This document shows, piece after piece, positions 25,055 through 38,300 of a stretch of DNA of 64,000 bases. Positions within the stretch are counted from its first letter, which is position 1. Every line of letters begins with the position of its first letter. The position numbers and the translations under genes were made by a program. Location of the stretch: contig OZ316891.1 in NCBI GenBank assembly GCA_973895155.1, positions 22,835,884-22,899,883 on the forward strand. Direction: 5' to 3'. The notes beneath the pieces were generated by a model. It searched no databases and was not told the origin of the DNA. It saw only the letters and a program-made list of their open reading frames with translations. This DNA comes from Marsupella aquatica. Taxonomy: Eukaryota > Plantae > Marchantiophyta.

Positions 25055-27027
25055 TCTGGCGGTAGACTGAGTTGAGAAGGAAAGTACTCTGCTGCTGCCT
25101 CTGTAATAGTCGATCAACCTACCGTTGTTAGCATACACAATTATAACCCCCCTTGTCCACGATTTGGTCTGAGGAGCTGCTTTCAAATCACCAATACAAG
25201 AAACATCATTTTGACGCAACCGGTTCTTAGAAACTCCCTTCTTCCCCAAACGCCAGCCCTAATACGGAGCACTCTTACGGTCGACTTGCATGAGAAGATT
25301 TTCAGCATCAGTTCAAGACAGAAAACCCCTAAACCAGATGGGAAAACTGGAACATCTCGGTGCTGAACTGCGTTTTCTTAATAGTGTTGGAGGAGGCTCC
25401 TGTAAGCAGAAGTCACTCCTTTAAGCTATTAGTAAAGCATAGCCTACAATAAGATCGAGCTAAGTTTTGGAAAATGTTTAATAACCCCCGCAACCATGAC
25501 TTGCTCTTAAGACAGGAATTGTTTTGGCCAAGTGGTTCTCAGTTTTCAGTCGAACACAGAATTGATCTGGCCCAGATTGGAGATCTCTCAACCTTTGGAG
25601 ATACTCTCAATCTGGGCAAGAAGAGTTTACCGAGGCCGAACTGTTGAATTGCACTATACATGAGTAAGATTTACGCTGGTACGGCAAGGAATGTTGGTCA
25701 ATAACAAATGCGAAGAGGCTGCCCTATAGACGAAGGCGAGATCAAACTCGAGAATGCTAGAACCAGCACTAAGTATAGGTTCGCAGAACTCGCGAAGCCG
25801 CATCCAATCTGAACAGTGAACCGGATAAAAATCTTACAGATGAATCTGGATTTACTTGGGGGCCAAGTTGACCCACAATCATAAGATTCATTTTGAATCG
25901 AACATTAATTTCAGTTTCGAGACAAGCCAACCATTCCACAGTGACAAACAACGAAAAGTTCAGGAGAATGAGAAATTTTCGTTCTCATTCTCCAATTCTG
26001 CACGCAGGAATACGAAAGAAAACTTCCTTCTCGGAATGTGCCAAAAGCGGTGCAACATGAATTCAAGATCGGAACAAACTGTCGGAGCGCTGACTCTCCA
26101 ACAACAGAATTGGAGTGGAAACACTTTCACATAATGTAAATGCTGATGTTGATACTATCAGTCCTTCGTCTATATACCTGCGGAAAATATGGACATAATA
26201 CAGGAAGGTGCGGGGGAGAGGGAAATAGCCAGAGAGACAGCACTAAGGCAATGGAGAACCGACTTCCACAAGGCGCCCATCACTCGAACAGTGAAAAATG
26301 AATAACATTGCGCTTTGATCAATGACTCGAGGGCAACTATTCTCCACTTACCAGTGCTCGAAAGCCACCTCGCTGCAAAGAGTACTCTTGTTCTCACAAA
26401 CGGATCCTTCAGTACATAGCCGGCTGCTGCTACAGCAGCAGCAATGCTCGTCGTCGGAGCCTTCAATCAGCGATAACGCTTCTCACAATACTTGCATCGT
26501 TTAGATAAGCGGGGTGCCCTCGACAGCTGCACTCCCGAGACCAACCTCAAGAAAAGCGAAGTGTCTGTCTTCCAGGCCCACAGTATTCCCTGATAGATAG
26601 TCTGTAAATTGATAGCTGCTGCTACTGCAGTTCGGTGCCTCCAGGCTCACAATCAGCCTGTATGGCGTTGCTGCTGTTCACTCGAGCACAACATGCTCGC
26701 CTCTTCCTCTTCCAACCTGACTTCTTATGCTCTCCGCTTTCCTAAATCAACTCTTGATAACAATAAACTTTTCTCAGCGAGCCTATTCGCTTCCTCCCCC
26801 TTGTCCTCTAGTCTATTCAAATCCGCGGCGACAACAGCAAGAACCTCTTCCAAGAATGCATTCAACAAATGACTTGTTCTCGAACTACATGAATTGTTCA
26901 ACAAAATGCAGGGCCAACCGCTCTACTGCTGTCCTCCTCCTCCTTTCTCTCTCTCTCCGCCTTTCCTCATCCCTCCCTGGACCGGAGAATAGAAGAATTG
27001 ATCAACAAATGTATACAGAACCACAAC

Positions 27028-27029
<2 letters not shown>

Positions 27030-27061
<32 letters not shown>
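27030..27061. repeat. (CT)n/(GA)n microsatellite, probably in the GGCT2 promoter or 5' leader
   Basis: Read directly; GA repeats are common near plant transcription starts. Confidence 0.9.
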
Positions 27062-27062
<1 letters not shown>

Positions 27063-27501
27063 GCCAAGCCCCACCTTGACTACTGACTGCCACCAAGGAG
27101 GCCCTCGCTTCTCTGCAGAAAGGCACCCAAGACAAGGAAAAATGCAAACTCTACGAGATTCAGAGGGTGCCACTTCTCACATTCGCCGACTCCTTCTCCG
27201 CCTCTCGTCTCGCCGGATTGGCCAACTCATGCCGTTTTTCGTCACGTTTGACACCCCTTCTCTATTCTCAGTCCTTAACGCTTTCTACCATCCCTCTCCG
27301 TAGGCGGGGCACAACGTGTGCATCTCACTCACACGCCCCACCCAACAAGCAGCAGCAATCGGCAGAATGGATTGGTTGGCGCATCCATCCACTGTCCCAC
27401 TGACTGCAGCCTGCTTTACTCCTGCTTTACTCCTTTACTACTTCCTCACTCAGTTACTCAGTTCTGCCACCCCTTCAGCAAAAACAAAATTGGCAATTCA
27501 G

Positions 27502-27546
27502 GACGAGACGAGACGAGACAAGACGAGACGAGACGAGACGAGACAA
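27502..27546. repeat. (GACGA)n pentanucleotide repeat
   Basis: Read directly from the sequence. Confidence 0.9.
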
Positions 27547-27738
27547 GAAGAGAGTGGAACAGTAGTGTGGAGGCAGAACACCTACCGAGAAAGGGGGGGC
27601 CCGCTGATGGGAGGAGCTCGACGGGCGCCGAACGGGAAAATAAAGTTGGGAAGGGAGCAAAACAAAGGAGGCAGAATCCCTACCGATAATACTTACCGAG
27701 AAGTGGTGGGAGAGGGGCGGGAGGAGCGGGGGCAGGAA

Positions 27739-28358
27739 CATTTTTTTTGGTGTTAAAAAATTAGCCAAAGTGGCTCCCTTCTGGCGTATGGAGTAAGAAA
27801 AGTGGCTTCTGTTTGGGTTGCAGTCAATTGGTTAATAGTCTAATGATACCTGGTTTGAGATTAAGCTATTGTAGCTAATAAACCCAAAGTTTAGCAGTGC
27901 ACTCAAGTGACAAATGGTAACTTGAACAGCTTTGCTAGCTCATTTTTGGGATTTTTTTGGTTCCATTAGCTCATTCTTGGGAATGGTTAATAGTGGAATG
28001 ATATCTGGTTGAGAAAAAACTACTGTAGCTATACCCAAAGTTTAGCAGTGCACTTGGGTGACAAATGGTAACTTGACAGCTTTGCTAGCTCATTTTTTGG
28101 GATTTTTTTTGGTTCCATTAGCTCATTCTTGGGAAAACTTCACTAACTCATTGTCAACTATTCGACAACTATATACTGCATGGTAATGAGTAGGCAAACA
28201 GTACTTCTTTTGCCTAGGGCTTGCTGGAGGATGATGCCGGCCTTTGATCCTGATGTGGCAAATGACTGTCATTTTTTCCATAACTTCTTAGTTCAACTAT
28301 CGTTAGCCAAGTTCTTTTCTAGGTAAGTTTTTGACTAATTTTTGCCCACAAAAAAATG
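27739..28358. mobile_element. Putative non-autonomous TIR element with an internal ~150-bp tandem duplication
   Basis: CATTTTTTTTGGTG..AAAAATTAGCCAAA versus the right-end reverse complement CATTTTTTTGTGGGCAAAAATTAGTCAAA. Block 27830-27983 is repeated at 27984-28133. A partial second copy lies at 4021. No TSD found. Confidence 0.55.
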
Positions 28359-29185
28359 GCTTTGAGGGACCGCTATGGAAGGCGCTCTACGGGCAGGGGA
28401 CGGAAGAAGGCGCTCGACAGGAAGAGGGCGCTGGACGGGGAAATAACGTTGGAAAGGGAGGAGAAAACACAATGCACAGTACCTACCAAGAAAGAGGGGG
28501 GGCCCGCAGATGGTAGGCGCTCGAAGGGAAGAGGATGCCGGGCGGGGAAATAATGTTGGGAAAGAAGTGTAGGGTAACCCATCCCCAAGAGGGGGTAATG
28601 GGATGTAATGCCAGAGGGCGCTGAGCCCGAGGGGGTTACATCCATTGTCCCCAAGTGGGGATGAGTTAAGCGTAAACCCTGAGTGAATTTTTACAAAACA
28701 TTTGGTTCAATTTGACACAGTAAAGTCTGATCAGTCACTGTCTGCCACTTGTAATTACCCTGTTTCTCATTCAAATTTCATAATCCCCAGGCCAGGCTGG
28801 CCCAGGGGTTCCGTGGGTTCACCTGGGGGTAATGTCTCATAACTTGGTACACACATACAAAGAAAAAAATTCACGAGGGGTTTACAAAGAAAAAAAAACA
28901 CGAGGGGCTGATCATTGCCCGTTTACCTCATGACCGCCGTCATTATTTTGTTGACTGTTGGACTGTTCCTCTCTCTGCCTGATGAGCCTCGGCCCGACCC
29001 TGCCCAATCGTGACGTGTGGCGAGATTGTGCTGGGAGCATTGGAGCAAAGATGTATATGTTCATGCCCTTGGTGAATGAATTTGGTGCTTTATGGACAAG
29101 AATAGAGACCCCAGACTGAGATAGGGTCATTACAAAACTTTTCACTTTACTTTTGCTAAAAATAGTAAGCAGTTGCGGCCTTTAA

Positions 29186-32100
29186 GGGCCGTCTTGCATG
29201 TGAGACGTCCTTTGTGTTCCGGCCCTCAAATGAACCCGTGTCATTTCCCAATGAAGCGACACACCGGCAGTCCTGACGGCATCAAAGGAGGGTATGCAAG
29301 GGCAAGGGCTGGAAAATTTCCGGCCCTTGAGGTCCCTTTCAACTTTGAATAAATCAAAATCCTAGAGGATACATGTGTTGGACACTAACATCTCGATGAA
29401 TTTACCGTGCACCTGCTCCCCATACCTGGTGTTCGCCCTCCAAACACCATCGCCCCCTGCATATGGTAGTCGAGAATCTCTCACCTTGACGGACACGTGA
29501 AGCCATAGACAGCCTGGTGCAAATTGAAAGAGAAGAACGCAAACAATCGAAGGTTGCAACCAGAGTTTTCATGTAAATTGAATGTCGGGAAGGCTTGAGC
29601 AATGGTGATCAGCGATTCAAAAGAGGCAAGAAGCTACGACGCTGTACGTGGTTCTACCCGGTGCAGGATAGTACATGCCTGGAAAACATCATCAATCGAT
29701 CCAGGAGGCAACGATTCGCCAATCGATCCAGGAACCAAGGTTTGCAGATCCCTGTGTTGCTATCATGTATACAAAGCTCCGCATTTGAACAGTCTATTCA
29801 AATTTGCCTTGACATTCAATGTTATCAGTGACATTCAATTTGATCCTGCTTTCCGATCGATAGTGCGAGCTGCGGTCTAATATGAGAAGTTGGGTCGGGG
29901 CAGACAAGTTAAACTTTTCTTGTTCAATTGTTGACGTTTGTGATTGCATGCCTGCCAAGTCTGAACTCACTAGTAAGGCGCTGCTGCTGAAGCTCTAGTG
30001 GTAGCTAGATTAGCTGAAACTTCATGCCATTACCGTCTCAATCTCCTTCGCGGTACAACAGTAGGCTGGTGCCTGCAATTTCTAAGCACAATGCGCATGG
30101 ATAGTGAGCTCCTGCCCCCGTTCCCTCGTTTCTTCTTGCTGCCAAAAGTAGAATCATTATAAGACAACCATATGTTTTCAGGACACTTTTGTAAAGCCGC
30201 ATTTTTGAAAATCTGATCCTTGTAAAGTTACTGCGTAAATGCTCCTCAGTCCCCGTCTCAGTCATCCCGATCAAGTCTCATCCTAAATTGACTCAAGCTT
30301 CTCAAGCTGAGTCGGGGCAGACAAGTCAATAACTTGTTCAATTGTTGACGTTCGATCGTGACAGCAAGGAAAACACGATTAGCATAAACTTCCTCCCATC
30401 ACCTTCTCAATCTCCTCCACTTCGTGAACAGCGCATACATGGATCGACAACTCTTACCCTCCTTTCTTCCTTGCTGCAAAACAAACTGGCCAGAAAGATT
30501 GTCAATTACTTGTAGTTTGTAACCGACAATGAGGCCATTAAGAGCAAGTGTTGGGTTGTGTCTGCTCTATTTCCTTTCTAGTATTGTTCGACAGACTTTT
30601 TTGCTTGTTTTTTTGCACTAATTATGAGTCATATGTACTAACCTCTTACATAATGAATTAGTACTTGTATGCACTAACCTTGTATGTACATTACCCAGGC
30701 CATATAAACTATGCATGTAAAGGCATCAACTTTAGTGTAAAATATGGTGTGAATTTCTTTCAGGTCAGGTTCGACACAATGGCTAGCACGGATAATTTGA
30801 AGGATCTTGCTAAGATTTATTTGGGAAGTGTAAAGAGGTGAAGGAGTACTTCACCCACATGGAGTCCATGTTTTGTGAGGAGCTTTGGCCTGCCTTGTTG
30901 AAGGAGGTGGCCAACTCTAAAAACCTGGGACCGTACAGAGACCCAAGAACTCAAACACGAGATTGAGAGACTAAAAGCGGAAAACCAACAGGTTGATAGA
31001 GACAACAAGATCTTGGAAGGCCTGCAATCTGAGGCTCTTAAAATATTGCAGAGGAGAGAACAAAAACATAAACCAATCTTAGTTGAGAATGTAGGCGAGA
31101 GAAGTACGGGAACCTCTAGTTCCAATTTCTCCTAACCTGTCACGGATTATTGCACAGAGGGTAGATCCACGACAGACACATGCGTTGAAGGAAACATTTC
31201 ATTTCACGCAGTAGATACATCATATGTGTCAACTAGTACATGACCATCAACTCATGACCAGGATGCTATTCCTGTGCGCTCTAGAAAAAAACTATGCTTG
31301 GATTCCTCATTTGAAACCACCATTGCTTTGAAATAGTCTGAACTGAAAAGCCCTGCACAATGATTTAAAGGAAAAAAAGTGTGAAAAGTGAAGAGAGAAA
31401 TTGAGGGTAATAAATGAGTGAAACCAATTTCATTGCACGAAAGGTTATGACACGAGAGTGATGTTCCCTTGTATTTCTGTAAAGTACATTCAAAATAAGG
31501 AAAGCACTATACTCATCCTCTGTATGTCTGTAAAGTACCTCCAATCTGCTATACGGATTGTAAGCAGTGCATACCTGGTAAGAGTACACGTAAATCTGTA
31601 CAGACTTGTTTTGGCCTGCAAAGGCTCGAAGGTATTCTGTTAGGAATTGTTGTGAAGTCCTTGCTTCACACTCGAAGCAGGGATTCTGTTTGCAAGTTCT
31701 TGTTTCACACTCAAAGCAGGATTGAAATTCACTTTGGTTGAGATTGTGAACGGCTAGTAGTGTGCTGCCAGTGAATCAAATGCTGGCACGAATCATTTAG
31801 GAAGCAAGAAGGACACAAAGTCAGCAAGGAGCAATCCTAGTGACACACAATGAGGATTTGATTGAAGGCAGCAGCACGGCAGCAACATGGCAGCAAAACG
31901 GATCGAGCAGAGCTTTGTGATCGAGCAGGAGTGCAATTCCGGGTCAAGTAGCAGCGGCAGTGAGCAAACGGCAGCAATTCCAGGTCAAGTATGACGGCAA
32001 CTATCGAGGCAGTAGCGGGGGCAGCAGCGCATGTGAACAAGGCATGTTGTGAATTGAGGCGGCACTGCAAAGGAACGACGCAGCGGCAGTGAGCAGTGTC

Positions 32101-32362
32101 ACGTTTGGTTTTCACATTGTCGCATGTAACGCGGAATTATGCAGGGCCAGACTTTGCAGGGACATGTTTTGGTGCAACAGTCCCTGCATCTTGCCCTCTA
32201 CAAGTTGTGCATAAAACAACAGAGAAGTAGATGAAATAGAGTGGGCCCGTGACACGTTTTATGTTTTTTGATTGACTTTAGATTTGGTTTGCACTTTTTC
32301 CTGACAACTGTGGGCGTGTAAGGGCCGCTTTTTTGAGGACTCTTGCACATGCAAGACAGCCC
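29186..32362. mobile_element. Non-autonomous PIF/Harbinger element, 3177 bp
   Basis: TIRs GGGCCGTCTTGCATGTG / CACATGCAAGACAGCCC; TAA TSD on both sides; decayed coiled-coil coding remnant at 30780-31130; no DDE ORF. Confidence 0.85.
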
Positions 32363-35075
32363 TAAATCACACTTAAATCACAACTGCCCCTAATTATAAA
32401 GTGCTATCATGGGTTACCCAAAGCACACTAGCACTTACCCAAAGCACAATAGCACAGGTTCAGGAATGGGCTTTGGGCTCCACAAAAGGTGGTGAGAAAT
32501 GGGCTTTGAGCTCCACAAAAGGTGGTGAGTGTAAATCATTTATTTGGCAAGTGCACAACAAAAGGTGTTAGAGTGTTCCACCTTTTGTACTGAGTAGTGA
32601 GACATGGAATGAGGCTTTCATAGTGGCAGATGTGGTTTAAAAGCTATGGCTATCCTTAATTTTTTCCAATTCTGGAGTTAAAGTTAACCCATGTACAAAA
32701 AGGGGTTGACTTAGGAATTAAAATAATTTGGGGGGACATGTTTGTAATTATGGTCAGTTTGGGGGATATGTTAATAAAAATAAACTGTAATATTAAATTC
32801 TAGATAATATAAGCACACCCCATGAGCATTTACTTGGGTCCACTGGTTACCAGTAGGAGACACCATGCCTTAATGGCCCCACTTCTTGCAAAGCTAACTC
32901 CAATCATTTCCACTCACTTTATACATTCCAGATTTAAGCTTTGAGGAAGCAATGAGCCCCACCTCTTGTAAAGCCACCCTTAGGGGCTTTAAGAATGACC
33001 AGACACTTGTGCTACCCATTTCCCATAGCAATCCAATGGGCAGTCAATTAATCCAAAACATTAGAAAGAAATCAACGACTAAGGAGAGACTAAAATCAAC
33101 GTGAGAAGATCAACAAAAAACTAGGATATCTTCTCCATCAGATTTTAGACCACCTCTAGAGGACTGAGATGAAGAGGACATGACACATACCAACAAGCAG
33201 AGAAAAAGCCAGGGACCCACTTCACTCTATCTAGGATTGGTAAACTTTCACACCAAGTGGCCTCCTCTCATTTTGTAAAGTGAACTTTGACCAAAGATCA
33301 TAAATCTACATTGGAGATTGAGCGATGCAAAGAAAAGGTGCAATATATCCTCAGCTTGTTTTGTAAAGTGCCCCTTCTTTCCTTGCCCAGGTTCCTCACT
33401 TCTTTGTTGTTCTGGATAAAAAGAGCATCCAATCTACATATGGAAAATTTGGACAAGAATTAACGACCACACACATGACACCCAATCATCCATAGTATAC
33501 AATAAATTATCCTTGCTATGTCCCTCCTCCAATTGGACCAAAGACCATAAACAAGACCATAAGACCTTTTAAGGTAGGTGGACAAGGTTTTTGTGTAAGT
33601 AAATTAAGGTCCCTATAAAGGGAATTGTCTGAAATGAATGCCCAAGGATTCTAAATTGTGTAATGACACAAAAATTCTAACTCAAGTGTCGTATCCGACA
33701 TAGATTGTCAATTCTAGGATATGGAGTGCATTTTTTTGGTCTCTGGTTTTTGTTAGACTTTTACTCTTGGGTCTAGAGTTACTCTCTAAGTGTAATTTGT
33801 CTAATCATTGCCAGGTATAAGATTACAATTAGATATGCTACTAAGTACAATTATGCACAAGCATGAGTTAGCTTGTGAATCAAGCTTAGGCTCATATATT
33901 GTCACAAACATGTTTGAGAGATAGAGAAAGTTCATCCTATAGAGACTTGCCTGGTACAGTCGGCCTCGCAGCCGGCGAGCCTATAGTGAAATAATGTTCT
34001 CTTGTGTGTTCCCATGGACATAGCCATTGGATAAGTGAAACACATATCTTTTGTGTCAACACTTGTTTGTTGGATGCTTCATATATGCATGCTCATAGTG
34101 ATATTTTACTGTCCAACAATTTTGGGATGAAAGAAAACACTATAATGTGTGGTGGCATCCTTTGGCTTACAAAATATATTTAGGGCAGGATTCAAATTCT
34201 GGCCATTCCATGAAAAATGGTTTTTTCATCATCATTAAATCAACCAAAAAAAACCCCTTGTATTTTCCCTTTGCATTGCCCGTCCGTGAGCATTGCCTCT
34301 TGCTTTGCCTGCTACCCACCATTGCGAGACCTCTGCAATGCTCTGTCTACCCTAAGCTAGCCTGCACGATTTTCCTGGCCTCACACACCTGCCTATGCAG
34401 GTCTGTGCCCTCCATGTGCCTGTCCACTGCCCCTAGTGCCAGCCTTGCCCGTGCCCTCCCTTTCTAACAAGCCCACCGCCTATCTTTGATGGGGAGGGGT
34501 AGGAGAGAAAGGGGAGGGAGAGGGGACAAAACCTTCTCCCTCCCAATAGAGTTGGATGATCGAGTCTGGACCTGCCATGCTAAGGCTGCCATTGCGCATC
34601 TCGCATGCCCTCAAGCTCCTCTCCCCCCTTCCTAACAACATCACTTTTGCAACAATGACATAGACCAACATGACAGCAACAACTACAGTTGAAATGACAA
34701 CACTTCCACAACCAGAACATGTCTACACAGACGTCATTACCAAAAAAGTAACATTTCCACAAATCACACTACCGCAATGACAACCCAATTGAAATAACCC
34801 ATGCTATAGGCTCAAAACTTCACCTTGCCTGCACCATACTTTGTGTCCTTGCCTCCAAGATGCATCTTTGTATCAAAGACACATGAAATATGTCAACAAC
34901 TCTCTTAATTCACTTGAACTATTTTATAGTACCTTCTTGCGTTTGTATGTGCATTATTGGGTTCCTAATGGACATGCAAGGATTTGAGTTTTAAAAAAGA
35001 ACAAAATTCTCTAGATAACCCACTTCTTGTTGCATGGCCATTTTATTAATTTGGTCTCGGGATGCAGCGCACAAG

Positions 35076-35330
35076 GGGCCGGGACTGGGGGAGTGAAAGA
35101 CGGGGGAGACCGGGGGGCGGGCCGGGGGGAGGGGGTGAGGGGAGAACTCGGGCCGGGCTTGGGGGGACGGGCCAGGGGAGGGGGGAACTCGGGCCGGGGC
35201 CGGGACCAGTGGATTTTGCCGGGCAATTTAGGCCAGGATGCTTGGGCCGGGAGAGGTTTGGGTCTTTGAGGGCCGTGCCGGTTCAGGCTGGGAGATCATG
35301 GCCGGGCCGGGATACGGAGACCGGGACAGT
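35076..35330. repeat. Very G-rich GGCCGGG-repeat tract
   Basis: Many GGG+ runs and repeated GGGCCGGG / GGAACTCGGGCCGGG motifs. Confidence 0.7.
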
Positions 35331-35379
35331 TCGGGTGCCGACTTGCCGGTTGACGGCCTCTAGAGGCTCTATTTGCCGA

Positions 35380-38300
35380 TGTCACATTGTCGGCCTGGGC
35401 CTTAGCCCAAGCTACGGCTTAGACAAACATTTCCTTTGTTAGTATTTGGGTTCAGGCAGGGAGGGACGTGTGGAGTGCGTTTATTTCCCACAAACTAGCG
35501 CTTAGTCACTTACTAACACTCCTAGGTATAGTTTGTGTTCCGTCGCCGGAACATACCTTAGTCGATAACGGGATCGACCCCGGCTTACGGACTTATTCTA
35601 AGCCTTCGTGCTATTCGCCTCCGATCCGGATCCAATGATACAGGCGCTCAACCCGGGCTCGCAACCCCCTACCCGTAACTTGCACCCCGTGCACGGCTTG
35701 GATATTGCGTTCGGCCAAGCATTGACACCCATACACGAGACTCATACATGCATACATACACAAGCATAAAGCCTCGGTTTACACGAAGGAAATGATGGGA
35801 AAGGATTTACTTCAACCATTGTCATACACTTATGATTGGGTGACCCGACATCTCATGAATGAACGGGCCCAAGGCCGAGGAGTATACACTACAACGGAGC
35901 CCGGCTCTGCACTCGCCTGACGAGCTTAGTCGTATACCCTCCCCTTGACACTCCGGCACTCACCGAGTTCGGGACTCCCGGCGCATACCGCGAATGCCCA
36001 ACTTCTGAGACTAAAATCCCTTGCCTCTACCAAGGGGTGCACTAAATACTAAGGGCTGAGGACCGGAGTGGCCTCATACCTGAATCTACGCTAACTAAGA
36101 TCCTAGCTAAGCTGGCTGTCAGGTCAAAAACGGCTTGTCTTATTAGTCTGATCTATTCTATGCAGGCTGGACAGTGTGGCAGTGCCGCTTAACTCTGGTC
36201 AACGCTTGTCCCTATAGCCTGATTTAGCTACTCCTAGCACTATTCTAATCCTAACCCGTCGCTAATGCCTGGCACGTTTGCCAGAGCCGCTCGAGTGAGG
36301 TCGGCTATCCCGCTGCTTCTGGAGTCTATCGTTGTCCAGTTTGAGGAGTTGGACTTGGTCCAGCAGAGATTCATTCTCCTACTTTGCCGCATCCGTCTCC
36401 TCGACCGCCTCCTGGCATGCCTCCTCCAGTTGTTGGGCGTCGCTTGTCAGCTTGTCCACCAACTGGGTCTGCTTCTCGGCTTCAGTTTGAAGCCATGCCA
36501 CTTTTGCCTTCAGGGCGGAAACCTCTGAGCGTCACACTGATCCCACTCTTTGGCCTCCTCGATATCCTTCTGCCAGCTGACTGTTTGGTTCTTCAAGCTA
36601 TCAAGCTAGGTCTGGAGCCGTGCGATCTTGGCCTCCTTCCCGACTTTGGTTTGCTCGGCTAGGGTAGTAAGGGCTCGTGCCTCGGCCAACAATTCATCTC
36701 CGGCCGAGACCTTAGGCCGTAGCTGTAGAAGCTCGGTCTCCTAGAGCTCAATTTCCTCCTTCAGGTGGGCGGCCTCAAGCCAATACCGCTCTATTCTCTG
36801 AAGGGCCTCCGATTGGGCGCGGCCCGCTTTCACTGCGGTAACCAACTCTTGGTTAAAGAAGTAGGCAGCTACCTTCCGATCCATGAACTCCCCGATATCC
36901 CGGGCAATCTGTTGGGAGAAGTCTCCCAATAGTCCATTCAAAAATGTACCCGGTGCAAAGAGTTTCGGGTAGTCTAGGTTGTGCCCGTCCGGGGTTGGGC
37001 ACGGGCAGACGTTAGCTCGCGCGGGAGCTGGGGTAGTGACATCCAGCCCTTGGAATGTGGTGTTGGAAGGGGCTGGAGTGTCCTCCTGGACCATCATGTC
37101 GGCCTCTGGGGCAGGTATCGGCGGGTCTTCTGGACCCTCGGGTTTGGGTACGGCTTTCGCCAACCCGGCCTCTGTGCTCAACCCGGCCTGGTTAATTGCA
37201 TCCAGGGTTTGATTACTGCCTCGTCCAGTACTTCCTGGGCCACGATGATGGCTGTTTGTGGGGGCGGGGTGGGTGGGGCCCGTGTGGCCGTCGGACTTTG
37301 GGCCCTGGGTTGAGGTCGCCTTTCCAAGGCCGGGAATACCCACTTGGTTGGGGTCAACTTGGTTTTGTTGACCCGGGGAAGAGTTTGGCGATCAAAGCGG
37401 GCGTACCATTTGAGGATGATCTCGATGTGGCTTGCAAAGTACTCCTTCCCGCCTATATACAGCGTCTTCCTTCGTCGCTCCATCTCCTCGTGGAACTTCT
37501 TAGCAAAGTACGATGCCCACTTCCTAGGCCGATAGTTCTCGACCTGAATAACCTGGGCGGTGGAGATCTCGCCCCGGGGTTCCATCATATGGAGGGCGTA
37601 CCTCTGGAACTCCAGCCGCTCTGCTATTTTGGGGATGAGGTAAGTCCTCATCACAAACTTGTTGTCCACGGACCCCTCAACTGGGAAGCTCATGGATTGA
37701 TACTTGGCTCCCTTGCCCCCGGGAGCCCGTGACTTGACTTGCTGATCTCCTTCGGGTAGCCCAAAGATCATCTTGAGCCGCTCCTCGTTGAGGGACATGT
37801 TCCTCCCTCGTACCCAGGTTTGCTGATGGGCCTCGTCATAGTGTGTGACAAACTCCGTCATGTCCTCCCCGTAGTACTTGCAGGTGTTCCAGGGGAGAGA
37901 GGCGAGGTGTTCAAACCCCTGGGTCTTCAAGTACACCGCATGCCTGGGGTGGAAGATGTTCTTGTGCACATTATCCCCCATGCGGTGCATAGTTACTTTA
38001 GCCACTACTACCGTGGCCAAGGGTAATCCAAATGCGGCTGTGGGTTCCTTCCTCTTCTTTCCCCGAGATTGGTTCCCGTGATGGCTTGGAGAGGGGGACA
38101 TCTCCCCATCCTCTCGATCGGGTGCTGGTATCGCCACCGCCGTAAGTATCAGGGCCGGGGCGACTACGGTCACCGTTTTGTCTACCGGAGTCGCAACTCT
38201 TGTCCGGGCTTGAGCAGGGGGCGATGTGTTGCCGGCTTCCTGCGTGCTTGCTCCTCTTGGTCATCTGAGCAAGGGGGGGTTAACTTCGTCATCGTTGCTG

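Noticed and set aside
32400-35000. Possible integrase or MULE remnants
   Set aside because: Only isolated motif-like fragments (e.g. a QSNG-like stretch near 33030); too decayed to call.
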